Part shown: positions 1-9,259 of the stretch, piece by piece
Layout: each line of letters begins with the position of its first letter
How positions within the stretch are numbered: the first letter of the stretch is position 1
Source: Thermoplasmata archaeon
GTDB lineage: Archaea > Thermoplasmatota > Thermoplasmata > Lutacidiplasmatales > UBA184
Direction: 5' to 3'
Length of the DNA stretch: 64,000 nucleotides
Assembly: GCA_022749895.1 (NCBI GenBank)
Contig: JAKIWS010000004.1
Coordinates: 6,195 to 70,194 of the forward strand
The notes under the pieces: generated by a model
What the model was told of the DNA's origin: nothing
The model's database searches: none
What the model saw: only the letters and a program-made list of their open reading frames with translations
Translations under genes and position numbers: made by a program

Positions 1-366
1 CTCGATCACCGTGAATCCGGTCGTGCCCAACCGCGCGGCCAGCTCGATCCCCCGGGCGGTGAGGAGGCGCATCGGTCCGAGGGTGAGCGGGAAGAAGCGG
101 ATCCGCCGTAGCAGGAGCTCGCGGTCGCACGCTCGCAGGTGCGGACCCCCGCGGTCCTCGAGGGTTCGCCGCCCAACGGGCAGCGAAAGAGGCGCGTCGA
201 TGACGACGACCCCCGGTCGGGAGGATCGGCATCGTCGCACGATGTCGTCGTCATCATGGAGGACGAGCGTTCGGGCCGTTCCGTTGCCGGCGAGCAGACA
301 GAACCCGGTCGACCGGTGCGCGCGACCCGCCAGGTCGAGTCCCACGACGGGTGCGCGCGCGACCAT
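1..366 (-). CDS. Partial CDS (3' end runs off the window): DUF429 / RNase-H-fold predicted nuclease-like protein
   Basis: Manual translation of the minus strand from ATG at 366..364 gives MVARAPVVGLDLAGRAHRSTGFCLLAGNG...VVVIDAPLSLP with no stop before the window edge. The N-terminal G(L/I)DLAG...TG pattern is typical of this family. It is not in the ORF track because it has no stop in the window. Confidence 0.5.
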   Translation of the reverse strand, partial: MVARAPVVGLDLAGRAHRSTGFCLLAGNGTARTLVLHDDDDIVRRCRSSRPGVVVIDAPLSLPVGRRTLEDRGGPHLRACDRELLLRRIRFFPLTLGPMRLLTARGIELAARLGTTGFTVIE

Positions 367-455
367 CGACCGTCGGACGCTCTCGCCCTCAAGACGGTGA
401 TCGGCGGGCGACCGGTCAAGCCTATCTGCCGAGCCCGGTCCGGCTGACCTCGCTC

Positions 456-2255
456 ATGGCGGCGCTAACGCCGGAGGTCGGCGAACGACTTCGCCGCTGG
501 CTCGACGTCCCGATCGCGACCCAGCCGTCCTTCACCCGGGCCGGCGATTCCGTGCTCTACGTCTCGACGGTCCCCGGTATCCCTTCGGCGTGGAGGGCCG
601 AACTGCCACGAGGGCCGTCGCGCGCGCTCGTCCCACCGGGGGAGCGGGTCGCCGGGGTGTTCGCGTCGCCGACGTCGGATCGGGCGATCCTCGCGGTCGA
701 CCGCGGTGGGAACGAGCACTGGCAGCTCGTCGAGGTCGCGGTCGAATCGGGCGCGTCCGAGGCTCCCCGCCCGCTCACCGACGCCCCGGACAACATCCAT
801 CTACCGGGTGGCTGGGACCGGGACGGACGGACGTTCTACTTTTCTTCGAATGTTCGCGATCCACGGTACTTCGACGTCTACGCCCTTGAGACGACCCAAC
901 GTCGGATCCGGCCGATCCACCAGGACGATGCCTGGCTCCAGGTGTACGATACCGGCCAGGGCGAGGTCCTGGTGGGGCGGTACCGAACGTTCCTCGACGT
1001 CGACCTGTTCCGCATCGGCCCCGACGGCACGCACCACCTCAACCCCCACGAGGAGGAGATGACCGTGCTGTCGGGAACTATCGCCCGCGACGGGGTCTAC
1101 GCGGCGGCCAACCCGGGTCGTGAGTTCACGAGCCTGATCCGCTTTCGCCCCGGGCGCTCCGGTCACGAATTCCTCGCCGAGTACCCGGGCGACGTCGAGC
1201 TGGTCCACGCCTCCCCCGACGGGCGCCGGCTCGCGCTCACGGTGAACCGGGACGGTTGGAGCGAGGCCCACCTCTTCGACCTGGAGAGCTTCGAGGACCG
1301 CCCGCTCACCTCGGGCCCGCGCGGGGTCATCGAAGGTCTCGACTGGGCGCCGGATGGGAGCTCGTTCGTCTACTCCGTGAGCTCGGTCGAAGGTCAGGAC
1401 CTCTACGTGCGCCAGATCGAGACAGGGAAAGAGCGTCGATTGACCCGACCGGCGGACCCGCTGCCGGCCCAGGTGAACCCGCCGAAACTCGGCTCGGTCC
1501 GGGTGACCGACGGCGTTCGCGTACCGTACTGGGTGTATGCCCCGACCTCGGGGAAGATCCGGGGGACGATCTTCGACATCCACGGTGGACCGGAGGGCCA
1601 AGCACGGCCGTCGTTCAATCGGACCACCGCGTTCCTCGTGGGGGAGGGATGGCGGGTCATCGCTCCGAACGTTCGCGGAAGTACCGGGTACGGCCGCACG
1701 TTCGTCCATCTGGACGACGTCCGGAAGCGGATGGACTCGGTCCGCGACCTGCGCGACCTGGTCGATGCTCTCCGGGCCAACGGCACGATCGGCGCGGGAC
1801 CGCTCGGGGTACGGGGCGGGAGCTACGGCGGGTTCATGGTGCTCGCCGCGATCAGCACGTTTCCGGACCTCTTCGTCGCCGCGGTCGACATCGTCGGGAT
1901 CGCCAATTTTGTCACGTTCCTCTCCGAAACCGGGCCGTGGCGGCGACGCCTTCGCGAGGTCGAGTACGGGTCGCTCGCCGACGACCGCGCGTTCCTGGAA
2001 TCGATCTCCCCGATCAACCACGTCGACACGATCACGGCCGCGCTCTTGGTCATCCACGGGGCCAACGACCCGAGGGTCCCCCTCCACGAGGCCGAGCAGA
2101 TCGTCGAGCGTCTGCGCGTGAAGCACCGGGAGGTCGACCTGCTCGCGTTCCCGGACGAGGGACATGGGGTCGTCCGGAAGGAGAATCAGCGCGTGGCCCT
2201 CGAGCGGATCGCGAGCTTCTTCGATCGCTATCTTGCGCCGCCGCCCGCCGGCTAG
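456..2255 (+). CDS. S9 family serine peptidase (prolyl oligopeptidase / acylaminoacyl-peptidase type): beta-propeller plus alpha/beta hydrolase
   Basis: Nucleophile elbow GGSYGGFM, C-terminal IHGANDPRV and PDEGHG (Asp/His of the triad), and WD/propeller-like N-terminal half. Start taken at ATG 456 (MAALTPEVGERL) inside ORF 351..2255. Confidence 0.85.
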   Translation: MAALTPEVGERLRRWLDVPIATQPSFTRAGDSVLYVSTVPGIPSAWRAELPRGPSRALVPPGERVAGVFASPTSDRAILAVDRGGNEHWQLVEVAVESGASEAPRPLTDAPDNIHLPGGWDRDGRTFYFSSNVRDPRYFDVYALETTQRRIRPIHQDDAWLQVYDTGQGEVLVGRYRTFLDVDLFRIGPDGTHHLNPHEEEMTVLSGTIARDGVYAAANPGREFTSLIRFRPGRSGHEFLAEYPGDVELVHASPDGRRLALTVNRDGWSEAHLFDLESFEDRPLTSGPRGVIEGLDWAPDGSSFVYSVSSVEGQDLYVRQIETGKERRLTRPADPLPAQVNPPKLGSVRVTDGVRVPYWVYAPTSGKIRGTIFDIHGGPEGQARPSFNRTTAFLVGEGWRVIAPNVRGSTGYGRTFVHLDDVRKRMDSVRDLRDLVDALRANGTIGAGPLGVRGGSYGGFMVLAAISTFPDLFVAAVDIVGIANFVTFLSETGPWRRRLREVEYGSLADDRAFLESISPINHVDTITAALLVIHGANDPRVPLHEAEQIVERLRVKHREVDLLAFPDEGHGVVRKENQRVALERIASFFDRYLAPPPAG

Positions 2256-2289
2256 TCGGGAGCCGCGGCCGAGCGCCGAGCCGGTCGAG

Positions 2290-2964
2290 CTACGGGCGTG
2301 GGGACTCGGTTGTGAGTGACTGGCTCCGTACGACTTTGAACGCGATATCCCAGCTTCCGAGCTGGAGGGCCGCGTGGACCCAGAGGATGCAGAGCGGCTC
2401 GAGGAGGCGGCTCCCTTCGATCCCGCCGATATCGATGGTCGGCCACCCGAAATCCTTCAGGATCGTCGTCACGGTGGCCTTCGCCCCCGCATCGTTTCCA
2501 CAGATGAACATCTCCGGAGTCCCCCCGGGGAACTTCGGGTGGACGAACTGGCTGTTGTTCACCGTGTTGAACGCCTTCACCACCTGGGAATCCGGGATCG
2601 TGCGCTGGACCTGTTCTCCCGCGCTGTCGGTGTGCCCGACGGAGAGGGTCGGCGGTGCGTCTTCATGGAAGACCAGGGGGTTGGTCACGTCGATCACGAC
2701 TTTGCCCGCGAGATGGCTCGCGCCGGCGAGGCGAAGGGCCTCCGGACCCGCGACGCCCGGCACGGCCAAGACCGCCAGTTCCGCGAACCGCGCCGCTTCC
2801 GGAAGCGTTCCCACGCTCGCCCGTGGGCCGGCGGAGACCGCCCACGCTCGGAGCTCGGCCTTCGCGGGATCCCGCGTCCCGAACCGGACCTCGTCGCCGC
2901 GCCCCAGGAATCCCTTCGCTAGGCTCTTTGCCACGTCCCCACTCCCAAGGATGCCCACCTTCAT
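2290..2964 (-). CDS. NADP(H)-dependent F420 reductase-like / pyrroline-5-carboxylate-reductase-like Rossmann oxidoreductase
   Basis: N-terminal MKVGILGSGDVAKSLAKGF...GDEV dinucleotide-binding fold. Its ~224 aa length is typical of the NpdG family. Confidence 0.65.
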   Translation of the reverse strand: MKVGILGSGDVAKSLAKGFLGRGDEVRFGTRDPAKAELRAWAVSAGPRASVGTLPEAARFAELAVLAVPGVAGPEALRLAGASHLAGKVVIDVTNPLVFHEDAPPTLSVGHTDSAGEQVQRTIPDSQVVKAFNTVNNSQFVHPKFPGGTPEMFICGNDAGAKATVTTILKDFGWPTIDIGGIEGSRLLEPLCILWVHAALQLGSWDIAFKVVRSQSLTTESPRP

Positions 2965-3012
2965 CGTTCCGGTGCCCCACCGGCCGCCCAGGACTCGGGG
3001 AGTAGGAAAGCC

Positions 3013-5034
3013 CTACGAGCGCGACGGTGCGTCCGTCGAGGGTCCGACGGAAAGCCACCGCTCGAACGCCTCGATCGAGGACGGGCGCCCCAGATAGTCC
3101 TGGATGAGCTCGGAGGCCGGTCGCGAGCTTCCGGGCTCCAAGATCGAGCGACGGTAACGCCGACCCTCCTCGGGGTTCATGAGTGGGCCGGCGGCGCGGA
3201 AGCGCTCGAAGAGGTCCTTGGCGATGACGAGCGACCAGCTGTACGTGTAGTAGAGGGCGGAATAGCCGACCAGGTGCCCGAAACGGCATTCGATGTGGGC
3301 GCCGTCGACCCAGTCGACGAGTTGGTACTTTTCCCACAGCTCGCGGGCGAGGGCCGTGGTGTCGATCTCCTTCGGGTCGCGGCGGTAGAACTCCAGCGAG
3401 ATCGCGGCGTGGGCGACCAGCCGGAGGACGATGTTCGCCTGGCTCACGGTCTCGGCGCGGCGCCACCGCTCCGCGAGGTCGAGCGGGATCGGCTCGTCGG
3501 TCGCATGATGGCGCGCGAAGCGGCGGAGCGTCGCCGGGTCGCGCACCCACTCCTCGAGGAACTGGGACGGGGCTTCGACGAAATCCCACTCGATCTCGCC
3601 CATGATGTTGGCGGTCCATCGAGCGCGGCCCGAGAAGATCTCGTGGAGCAGATGGCCGAACTCGTGGAAGAACGTCAGCACGTCGGACGGTTCCATGAGC
3701 GCCGGCTGGCCCAGCCCCGGTTCGGGAAAGTTGCAGACGAGCGCGGCTTCGGGGGCGGCCCGTCCGGCGACGCCGAGCACGACCTCGGCGCACATCGCGT
3801 GGGTGAACTTTCCCTCCCGGGGGTGAAGGTCGAGGTAGAAACGCCCCAGACGCTGGTCCCCGTCGAACAGGTCGAACACCTCGACCGAGGGGTGCCACCT
3901 CCGGGGTTCCTCGACGCGGACGAACCGGATCCCGAACAGCTCGGAGGAGATCCGCATCACGCCGTCCCGCACCTTCTCGAACGGGAAGTAGACCCGAAGC
4001 TCCCGGGCGTCGGCCCGGAACTGCTCCGAGCGTACCTTCTCCGTGTAGTACCCGACGTCGCCCCCGAACATCGCCGCGTCCCAGAATCCCACCGACGTGG
4101 CGCCGGGTTCGTCCTGCCGCTTTCGGGCGAGGAGCGTCGCGAACTCCCGGCGGGCCGGCGCTTCGGCCGCCCGGTGGACGCGGGTCAGAAACTCGGCCGC
4201 CGCGCTCGGGGTGCCGATCATCTTGTCCTCCGTCGCGTACGCGGCGTAGTCCGCGTAGCCGAGCTCCCGCGCGAGAGCCCGCCGTTGGTCGAGGAGCTCC
4301 GCGAGGACGGCCATGTTCTCGGGGTACGCCTGGTTGAGGAACTCGACGGCGAGTCGCCGGCGAACCGCCTCGCTGCGCGCGTACTTGAACACCGGAAAGG
4401 CGTCAGGATAGCTCGTCGTGACCCGCACCGTCCCGTCGGCCGACGCGGGATGGGCGGCCACGTAGTCCGCCGGAAGGCCCTCCAGCTCCGCCGGGCCGTG
4501 GAACGTAAACGGCCGGAGCCGGTCCTGGATGTGGCGCTCGAATTCGAGGCCCAGGCGCACGGTCTCGGACTGCAGCTCGCGAACCTTCGCTCGCGTCGCG
4601 TCGGGCAGCCCGGCACCGTTCCGCCGCATCCTCCGAAGAACCTTCCCGATGGCGAACCGGGTCGGGGGGTCCTCCGGGTCGAGCGGGATCGATTCGATGG
4701 CGGCCAGGACCCGGGGGTCGAGGTCGACCTCGGTGGCGAGCTGCTCCGCCTGCCGGCTCGCGGTCTCGCCGGCTTCGCGCAGAGCCGCGTCGGGGTGCAC
4801 CCGGGCGAGCAGACGGCCCTCCACGAGGACTTGAGCGGCCGTCCACACGAGCTCGTCGTACACGGCCCACGTGTTGGCGACGGTTCTCGTACCCGCGACG
4901 TCCAAAAGGTGACGCCATAGGGCCCGGACGCGAGCGAGGTCCCGCGCCGCCACCGTCTGGATCTCGCCGGCGGTCGTCGAGAAGAGGAGTCGGGGGGCCC
5001 CACTCGCGGCCGACTGTGCGTGGGCGGCCGTCAC
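3013..5034 (-). CDS. M3 family zinc metallo-oligopeptidase (thimet oligopeptidase / oligopeptidase A-like)
   Basis: HEFGHLLH zincin motif followed by EAPSQFLE (third zinc ligand Glu). Start set at in-frame GTG 5034..5032, because 5035..5209 is a lower-GC divergent intergenic region. The ORF-track start at 5262 would overlap the neighbouring gene's start. Confidence 0.8.
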   Translation of the reverse strand: MTAAHAQSAASGAPRLLFSTTAGEIQTVAARDLARVRALWRHLLDVAGTRTVANTWAVYDELVWTAAQVLVEGRLLARVHPDAALREAGETASRQAEQLATEVDLDPRVLAAIESIPLDPEDPPTRFAIGKVLRRMRRNGAGLPDATRAKVRELQSETVRLGLEFERHIQDRLRPFTFHGPAELEGLPADYVAAHPASADGTVRVTTSYPDAFPVFKYARSEAVRRRLAVEFLNQAYPENMAVLAELLDQRRALARELGYADYAAYATEDKMIGTPSAAAEFLTRVHRAAEAPARREFATLLARKRQDEPGATSVGFWDAAMFGGDVGYYTEKVRSEQFRADARELRVYFPFEKVRDGVMRISSELFGIRFVRVEEPRRWHPSVEVFDLFDGDQRLGRFYLDLHPREGKFTHAMCAEVVLGVAGRAAPEAALVCNFPEPGLGQPALMEPSDVLTFFHEFGHLLHEIFSGRARWTANIMGEIEWDFVEAPSQFLEEWVRDPATLRRFARHHATDEPIPLDLAERWRRAETVSQANIVLRLVAHAAISLEFYRRDPKEIDTTALARELWEKYQLVDWVDGAHIECRFGHLVGYSALYYTYSWSLVIAKDLFERFRAAGPLMNPEEGRRYRRSILEPGSSRPASELIQDYLGRPSSIEAFERWLSVGPSTDAPSRS

Positions 5035-5209
5035 CAGCTTTCGCTCCGGCCATCGGCCGCCGTCGCGGCAAATAACGCCTGCCCACGGCCCTCCGTGCCA
5101 CGGGGACGAACGCGCCGTTCTCACGGATGATGAGTTGTGTGAAAGTCTAAGTAGTGCCCGTCGGTCGGCGCGCACGGATAGGGATTCTGATCCTTCCAGC
5201 CAGTTACTC

Positions 5210-7372
5210 ATGCTGTCCTTCACGGCGGATCGCCCGCCCGCGATTCCACGTCTCGGCCTCACCCGCTCGGGCCGTTCTGGTCGGCGGTGCTTGGCGGCCG
5301 GGATCCTCGTCCTGCTCGTCGCCGGATCTGTCGGGCCGCTGTTGACGCGCCCTATCTCCCCGGGAGCGCCTCCGATCCCGGCGGCCGGCGCGGCGCGATC
5401 GCCGCTCGGTCTCGCTCCGATTCACGCCAGCGGACACCTCGCGGCGACCACACCCCGCCCCTCGGCCGTGAGCCCGTACACGTTTCACACGACCGAGCCG
5501 GCTCCCGCGGGCGTCACCGACTACGGCGTCGACGCCGCTCAGAACCCCTACTACTACTCGACGTCGATGTTCCAGGCGTCGGCCTCGATCCGGAGCTTGC
5601 TCACCTACAAGTCCGGGGCCGGGACCGCGGCGTACGACATGACGTTCCAACTGAACGTGGTGCTCCACCTCACGAACGGACCGAACGAGCTCGACTACTG
5701 GATCCAGAACGTCGTGAACATCAACACCTCGGCCAAGTCCGTGTACTTCCTGAACAATGTCTGGAACCTATCCTCCTCCGCCGGCCACCTCAACGCGGGC
5801 GACGTGTCGGGGAACGGGACGATCAACTCGATTGGGTCGACCACGTGGTACGCGGCCGTCGCGGCCTACGGCCTGCCGGGCAACTTCGTGTACCTGAGCT
5901 ATCCCACGACGGTCTCCGTGCGCGTCATTTCGAGCGACGCGACCGGGACCCCGCACGTCGCGTTCCAGTACGCGGACGGTTTTGGATGGGTGACCTACGA
6001 CAATGTGAGCGTCAACGCGGCGCGCGGTTGGGGCGACTCCGGATTCTGGGTCACGGGCTACCAGTACACCCCGATCGGGGTGTTCTTCGACGCCGAATTC
6101 GATTTCACCGGGACCTCCAGCCCCGGATCCACCGAGAACGACGTGCTCTCCAACCTGGACTAGACGCTCGAGCGGTGGAACGGACACAACTTCCCGGCGG
6201 TCCCGATTGCGTACAACTTCGGGAGCAACCCGGGGGTGGTGCTCCAGAACTTCGTCTCCTCCCGCGCCGTCGGCGCGGCCGACGGAACCTTGTCCGCCCA
6301 CGAGGTCAACGGCACCGGGTTGCTCGGCCTCCTCTACGATGCCCGCAACGTCTCGATCCTCAATGCCTCGATTCCGACGGTTCCCGCCGGCACGCTGTAC
6401 GTGGGGGGAACTCCCCACGCCTACGTTGGGAACGACGTGAACCTCACCCTCGGTCCGGGCACCTACCATTTGAGGCTCGACGGTCCGGCCGGAACGGTCA
6501 CCTCCCTCAACGTCAGCGTGTACCGCGGCGAGTACCTCGCGATCGTCCTCGCTCGGCCGTCGTACTACGTGGCGACGTTCACCGCGGTCGGGCTCCCGGG
6601 AGGAACGCCCTGGTCGGTCACCGCTTCCGGCGTGGTCCAGAGCGGGATGTCATCCTCCCTCGTCTTCAACGAGACCAACGGGACGTACACGTTCGTCGTC
6701 GCCCCCGTCGCCGGATACGTCGCCGCCATCTGGGCGGGAACTTTTGTCGTGAATGGAACGAACACCCTGCACGTCGTCAACTTCTCGGCGTTCCTTTACA
6801 TGGTCGATTTCGTAAGCGAGAACCGGCCCGCCAACCTGGCGTGGACCATCGCGATCGGGGGCTCTCAAGCGACGGGGACCGGGACCACGCTCGGCTTGCA
6901 CGAACCGAACGGGACCTTCACCTACATCGTCACCACGGAGAACCGCTACGAGGCGAGCCCGGCCGCGGGGACTCTTACGGTGGCGGGAGCCGGGGCCTCG
7001 ACCTCGGTCTCCTTCGCGCTACGTCCGGGCTACCTGACCGGTTCGGTCGCTCCCCTCGCGGCGGTCGTCACGATCGACGGGAGCGCCATCGCGACGGCCG
7101 ACGGCGTGTTCAACGTGACGCTCGCTCCGGGCCCGCACACGATCACAGCGAGCGCGACCGGGTTCCAACCGTTCTTCGCGAACGAGAGCGTCACCCCGGG
7201 GAACGCGACGGACGTGCCGATCACCCTCGCCGCGCTCCCGGCGCCCGACGACGGGAGCACGGCGAGTTCTCTGCCCTCGTGGGCGTTCGTCGGGGTAGGG
7301 ATCGCGGTCGTTGCGGGGGCCGTGATCGTCGGCGGGGCCTACGTGGTCTCCCGGCGCCATCGGGGTCGCTGA
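5210..7372 (+). pseudogene. Thermopsin-family (peptidase A5) exported protein with beta-sandwich repeats and a C-terminal TM anchor, interrupted by one in-frame TAG at 6161..6163
   Basis: ORFs 5135..6163 and 6236..7372 are in the same frame and are separated only by TAG. Thermopsin-like blocks lie before the stop (APAG, FQLNVVL, YWIQNV, NNVWNLS, FDAEFDF) and continue after it (PAVPIAYNFG). There is an N-terminal signal/TM (CLAAGILVLLVAGSV) and a C-terminal TM + RRHRGR. It could also be a sequencing error or a read-through. Confidence 0.6.
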
Positions 7373-7489
7373 ACCGCGGCCCCGGACCGACGTCCCCCCG
7401 TCCGGTCGTCAGGTCAGACTATAGATACCCCCTTCCCGCTTTGAGCTTCGGGTGGGACGACGAAGCCTGGCGAGGTCGCCCCGGAGATC

Positions 7490-7954
7490 GTGGCGACGGC
7501 GGCCGATGGCCAGCCGTTCCGGCTCTCCGAGTGGCGGGGGGGTCCGGTCGTCCTCTACTTCTTCCCCAAGGCCTTCACGCGCGGCTGCGCCTCGGAAACG
7601 AGGGGGTTCTCCGACCTGTACCCGGAACTCCGAGCCCGGAACGTCCGCATCGCCGGGATCAGCGTCGATGCCCCGGAATCGCAGCGCCGGTTCGCCGAGG
7701 AGTGCCGGGCCGACTTCCCGATGATCCCCGACCGCACGAAGGAGATCGCCCGCTCCTACGGCATCCTCAACCTGATCGGGCTCGCGAAACGTGTGACGTT
7801 CTTCCTCGATGCTCGCGGAGTCGTCACGGATGTCGTCCAGTCGATCCTGCCGGAGCCGCACCTGCAGCGGGCGCGGGATACGCTCCTCGCTCCGGGGCGG
7901 TCCCCCCCTCCACCGGGGCACGCCGCCGACGGGCCGACGCACGCCTCGACCTAG
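7490..7954 (+). CDS. bcp: Peroxiredoxin, Bcp/PrxQ type (AhpC/TSA family)
   Basis: VVLYFFPKAFTRGC peroxidatic-Cys motif and GISVD...F block. GTG 7490 is the first canonical start, but homology appears to begin upstream of it (see finding). Confidence 0.8.
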   Translation: MATAADGQPFRLSEWRGGPVVLYFFPKAFTRGCASETRGFSDLYPELRARNVRIAGISVDAPESQRRFAEECRADFPMIPDRTKEIARSYGILNLIGLAKRVTFFLDARGVVTDVVQSILPEPHLQRARDTLLAPGRSPPPPGHAADGPTHAST

Positions 7955-7975
7955 GCGTACGCGCGCCGCCCCGAC

Positions 7976-8536
7976 CTACGCTTGGCGAGAATCGTCCACC
8001 CACTGGACGAACCGACGCACCTTCTCGGCGAGCTCGTCGCGGGTGCCCTCGTTGAGGATCGTGTAGTCGGCCTGCGCGACGGCGTCGGCGGTCCCCCAAC
8101 CCGACTCGACCTGGTCGCGCCAGTCGAAGCTGGCCCGGTCGCTCATGTCCCAGGGCAATCCCCGCGCGGCCAATCGGTGGAACCGGAGCTCGGGGCGGGC
8201 GACGACGGCGAGCACGACGACGCGGCCGGGCAGGGTGGCCCGGAAGACGCGCGTCTCGTCGGCGGACTTGATCGAGTCGATCACGATCGTGGGATACCGC
8301 TCGAGCGCGGCCAACACCTTGGGGGCGGCCCGCCGAGCCAGCGCGGCCGGACCTTCGAGCTCCCGCAGCCGGGTCGCCTCTTCCCGGAGGCTGTGGTTGG
8401 TCACGGGGCGGCCCTGCTTGGCGAGCTCCTCCTCGACGATCGTCCGCAGGTGGATGGTCGTGCCCGGCCGAAGGGCGAGGATCAGCTCCTTGACCTCCCC
8501 CTTGCCGGCCCCCCCCAGGCCGGCGAGCCCGATCAC
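7976..8536 (-). CDS. P-loop nucleotide-kinase-like protein (dephospho-CoA-kinase/UPF0200-related)
   Basis: Only the C-terminal 186 aa of ORF 7976..8953 look protein-like: VIGLAGLGGAGKG (Walker A-like) followed by an alpha/beta pattern. Start at GTG 8536..8534. The upstream part of the ORF is Arg/Pro/Gly junk. Confidence 0.5.
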   Translation of the reverse strand: MIGLAGLGGAGKGEVKELILALRPGTTIHLRTIVEEELAKQGRPVTNHSLREEATRLRELEGPAALARRAAPKVLAALERYPTIVIDSIKSADETRVFRATLPGRVVVLAVVARPELRFHRLAARGLPWDMSDRASFDWRDQVESGWGTADAVAQADYTILNEGTRDELAEKVRRFVQWVDDSRQA

Positions 8537-8664
8537 GACGCGTCCCGGCGCGGTCGGTCCCCCGGAGGGGCGATGCGCCGCGGATTCCGGCGGGGTCTTC
8601 GCGTCCGACAACGGCCGAGGAGCAGAAACAGGAGTTCTTGTAGTTCCCGCCGTTCCGTCCGCCG

Positions 8665-9228
8665 ATGGACGCCCCGCGCCGCTTCTGTAGGTTCCGGTCG
8701 GACGGCCGTGTAGGGACCGACGTCGAGCCCCTTCCCCGGGATGGTCTCTGCCTCTCCGCGTTCCTGGTTCTCTCCCCTCGGAGCGAACCCGAGAGGGTCC
8801 TCGCCGGACGGATCCGGACGGGTGCGGTGCGTTGGCAGGCCGCGGGCGCGCTGGGGCCGGAGCGGGCCGCTCGAACGGGAACTCGGTGGATGCTTCCGTC
8901 CAGCCATCTCGCGGTGTTCGAATCTCCGGACCAGGCGGCCGAGCGGATCGCACGCGAGCAGCTCGGGTCCCCGGAGTTCCGGCCGCCGTCGCCCCTGATC
9001 GTCTCCGAGACCTATCACCGAGCCGCCGGCGACACCGACGACCCGCACTGGGACCTCCATTTCATCTACCGCTCCACCGTCGAACGCGCCCCTCCCGGGT
9101 CGTCGGAGCTTTGGGAGGAACTGCGATTCCTCGAACCTCGGCAGCACGCACCCGAGGAGTTCGCCCGGGCCCAATCCGACATCCTCGCCTTCGCCGGCCA
9201 CCCCACCAAAGTTGGTCGAACGGCCTAG
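8665..9228 (+). CDS. NUDIX-hydrolase-like protein with a degenerate Nudix box
   Basis: WMLPSSHLAVFESPDQAAERIAREQLG resembles GX5EX7REUXEEXGU but lacks the EE pair. The size is right for the family. Confidence 0.4.
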   Translation: MDAPRRFCRFRSDGRVGTDVEPLPRDGLCLSAFLVLSPRSEPERVLAGRIRTGAVRWQAAGALGPERAARTGTRWMLPSSHLAVFESPDQAAERIAREQLGSPEFRPPSPLIVSETYHRAAGDTDDPHWDLHFIYRSTVERAPPGSSELWEELRFLEPRQHAPEEFARAQSDILAFAGHPTKVGRTA

Positions 9229-9259
9229 ATCGCGGTCCCCGGTCGGAGCGTACTCGGCG

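Noticed and set aside
6161-6163. Reading the in-frame TAG as pyrrolysine or general amber reassignment.
   Set aside because: TAG terminates several well-defined genes in this same window, and no pyl genes are present here. Recoding cannot be fully excluded, but a mutation or error is more parsimonious.
5287-8055. 922-aa ORF on the plus strand spanning the thermopsin-like gene and bcp.
   Set aside because: The composition is overwhelmingly Arg/Pro/Gly/Asp with no recognisable domain. It overlaps, out of frame, genes with clear family motifs. This is a typical long shadow ORF of very GC-rich DNA.
8913-8937. tRNA-like T-arm (CGGTG-TTCGAAT-CTCCG) inside the NUDIX-like ORF.
   Set aside because: The stem has a mismatch, there is no matching acceptor 5' strand (CCTGGTC) or anticodon arm upstream, and it lies within coding sequence.
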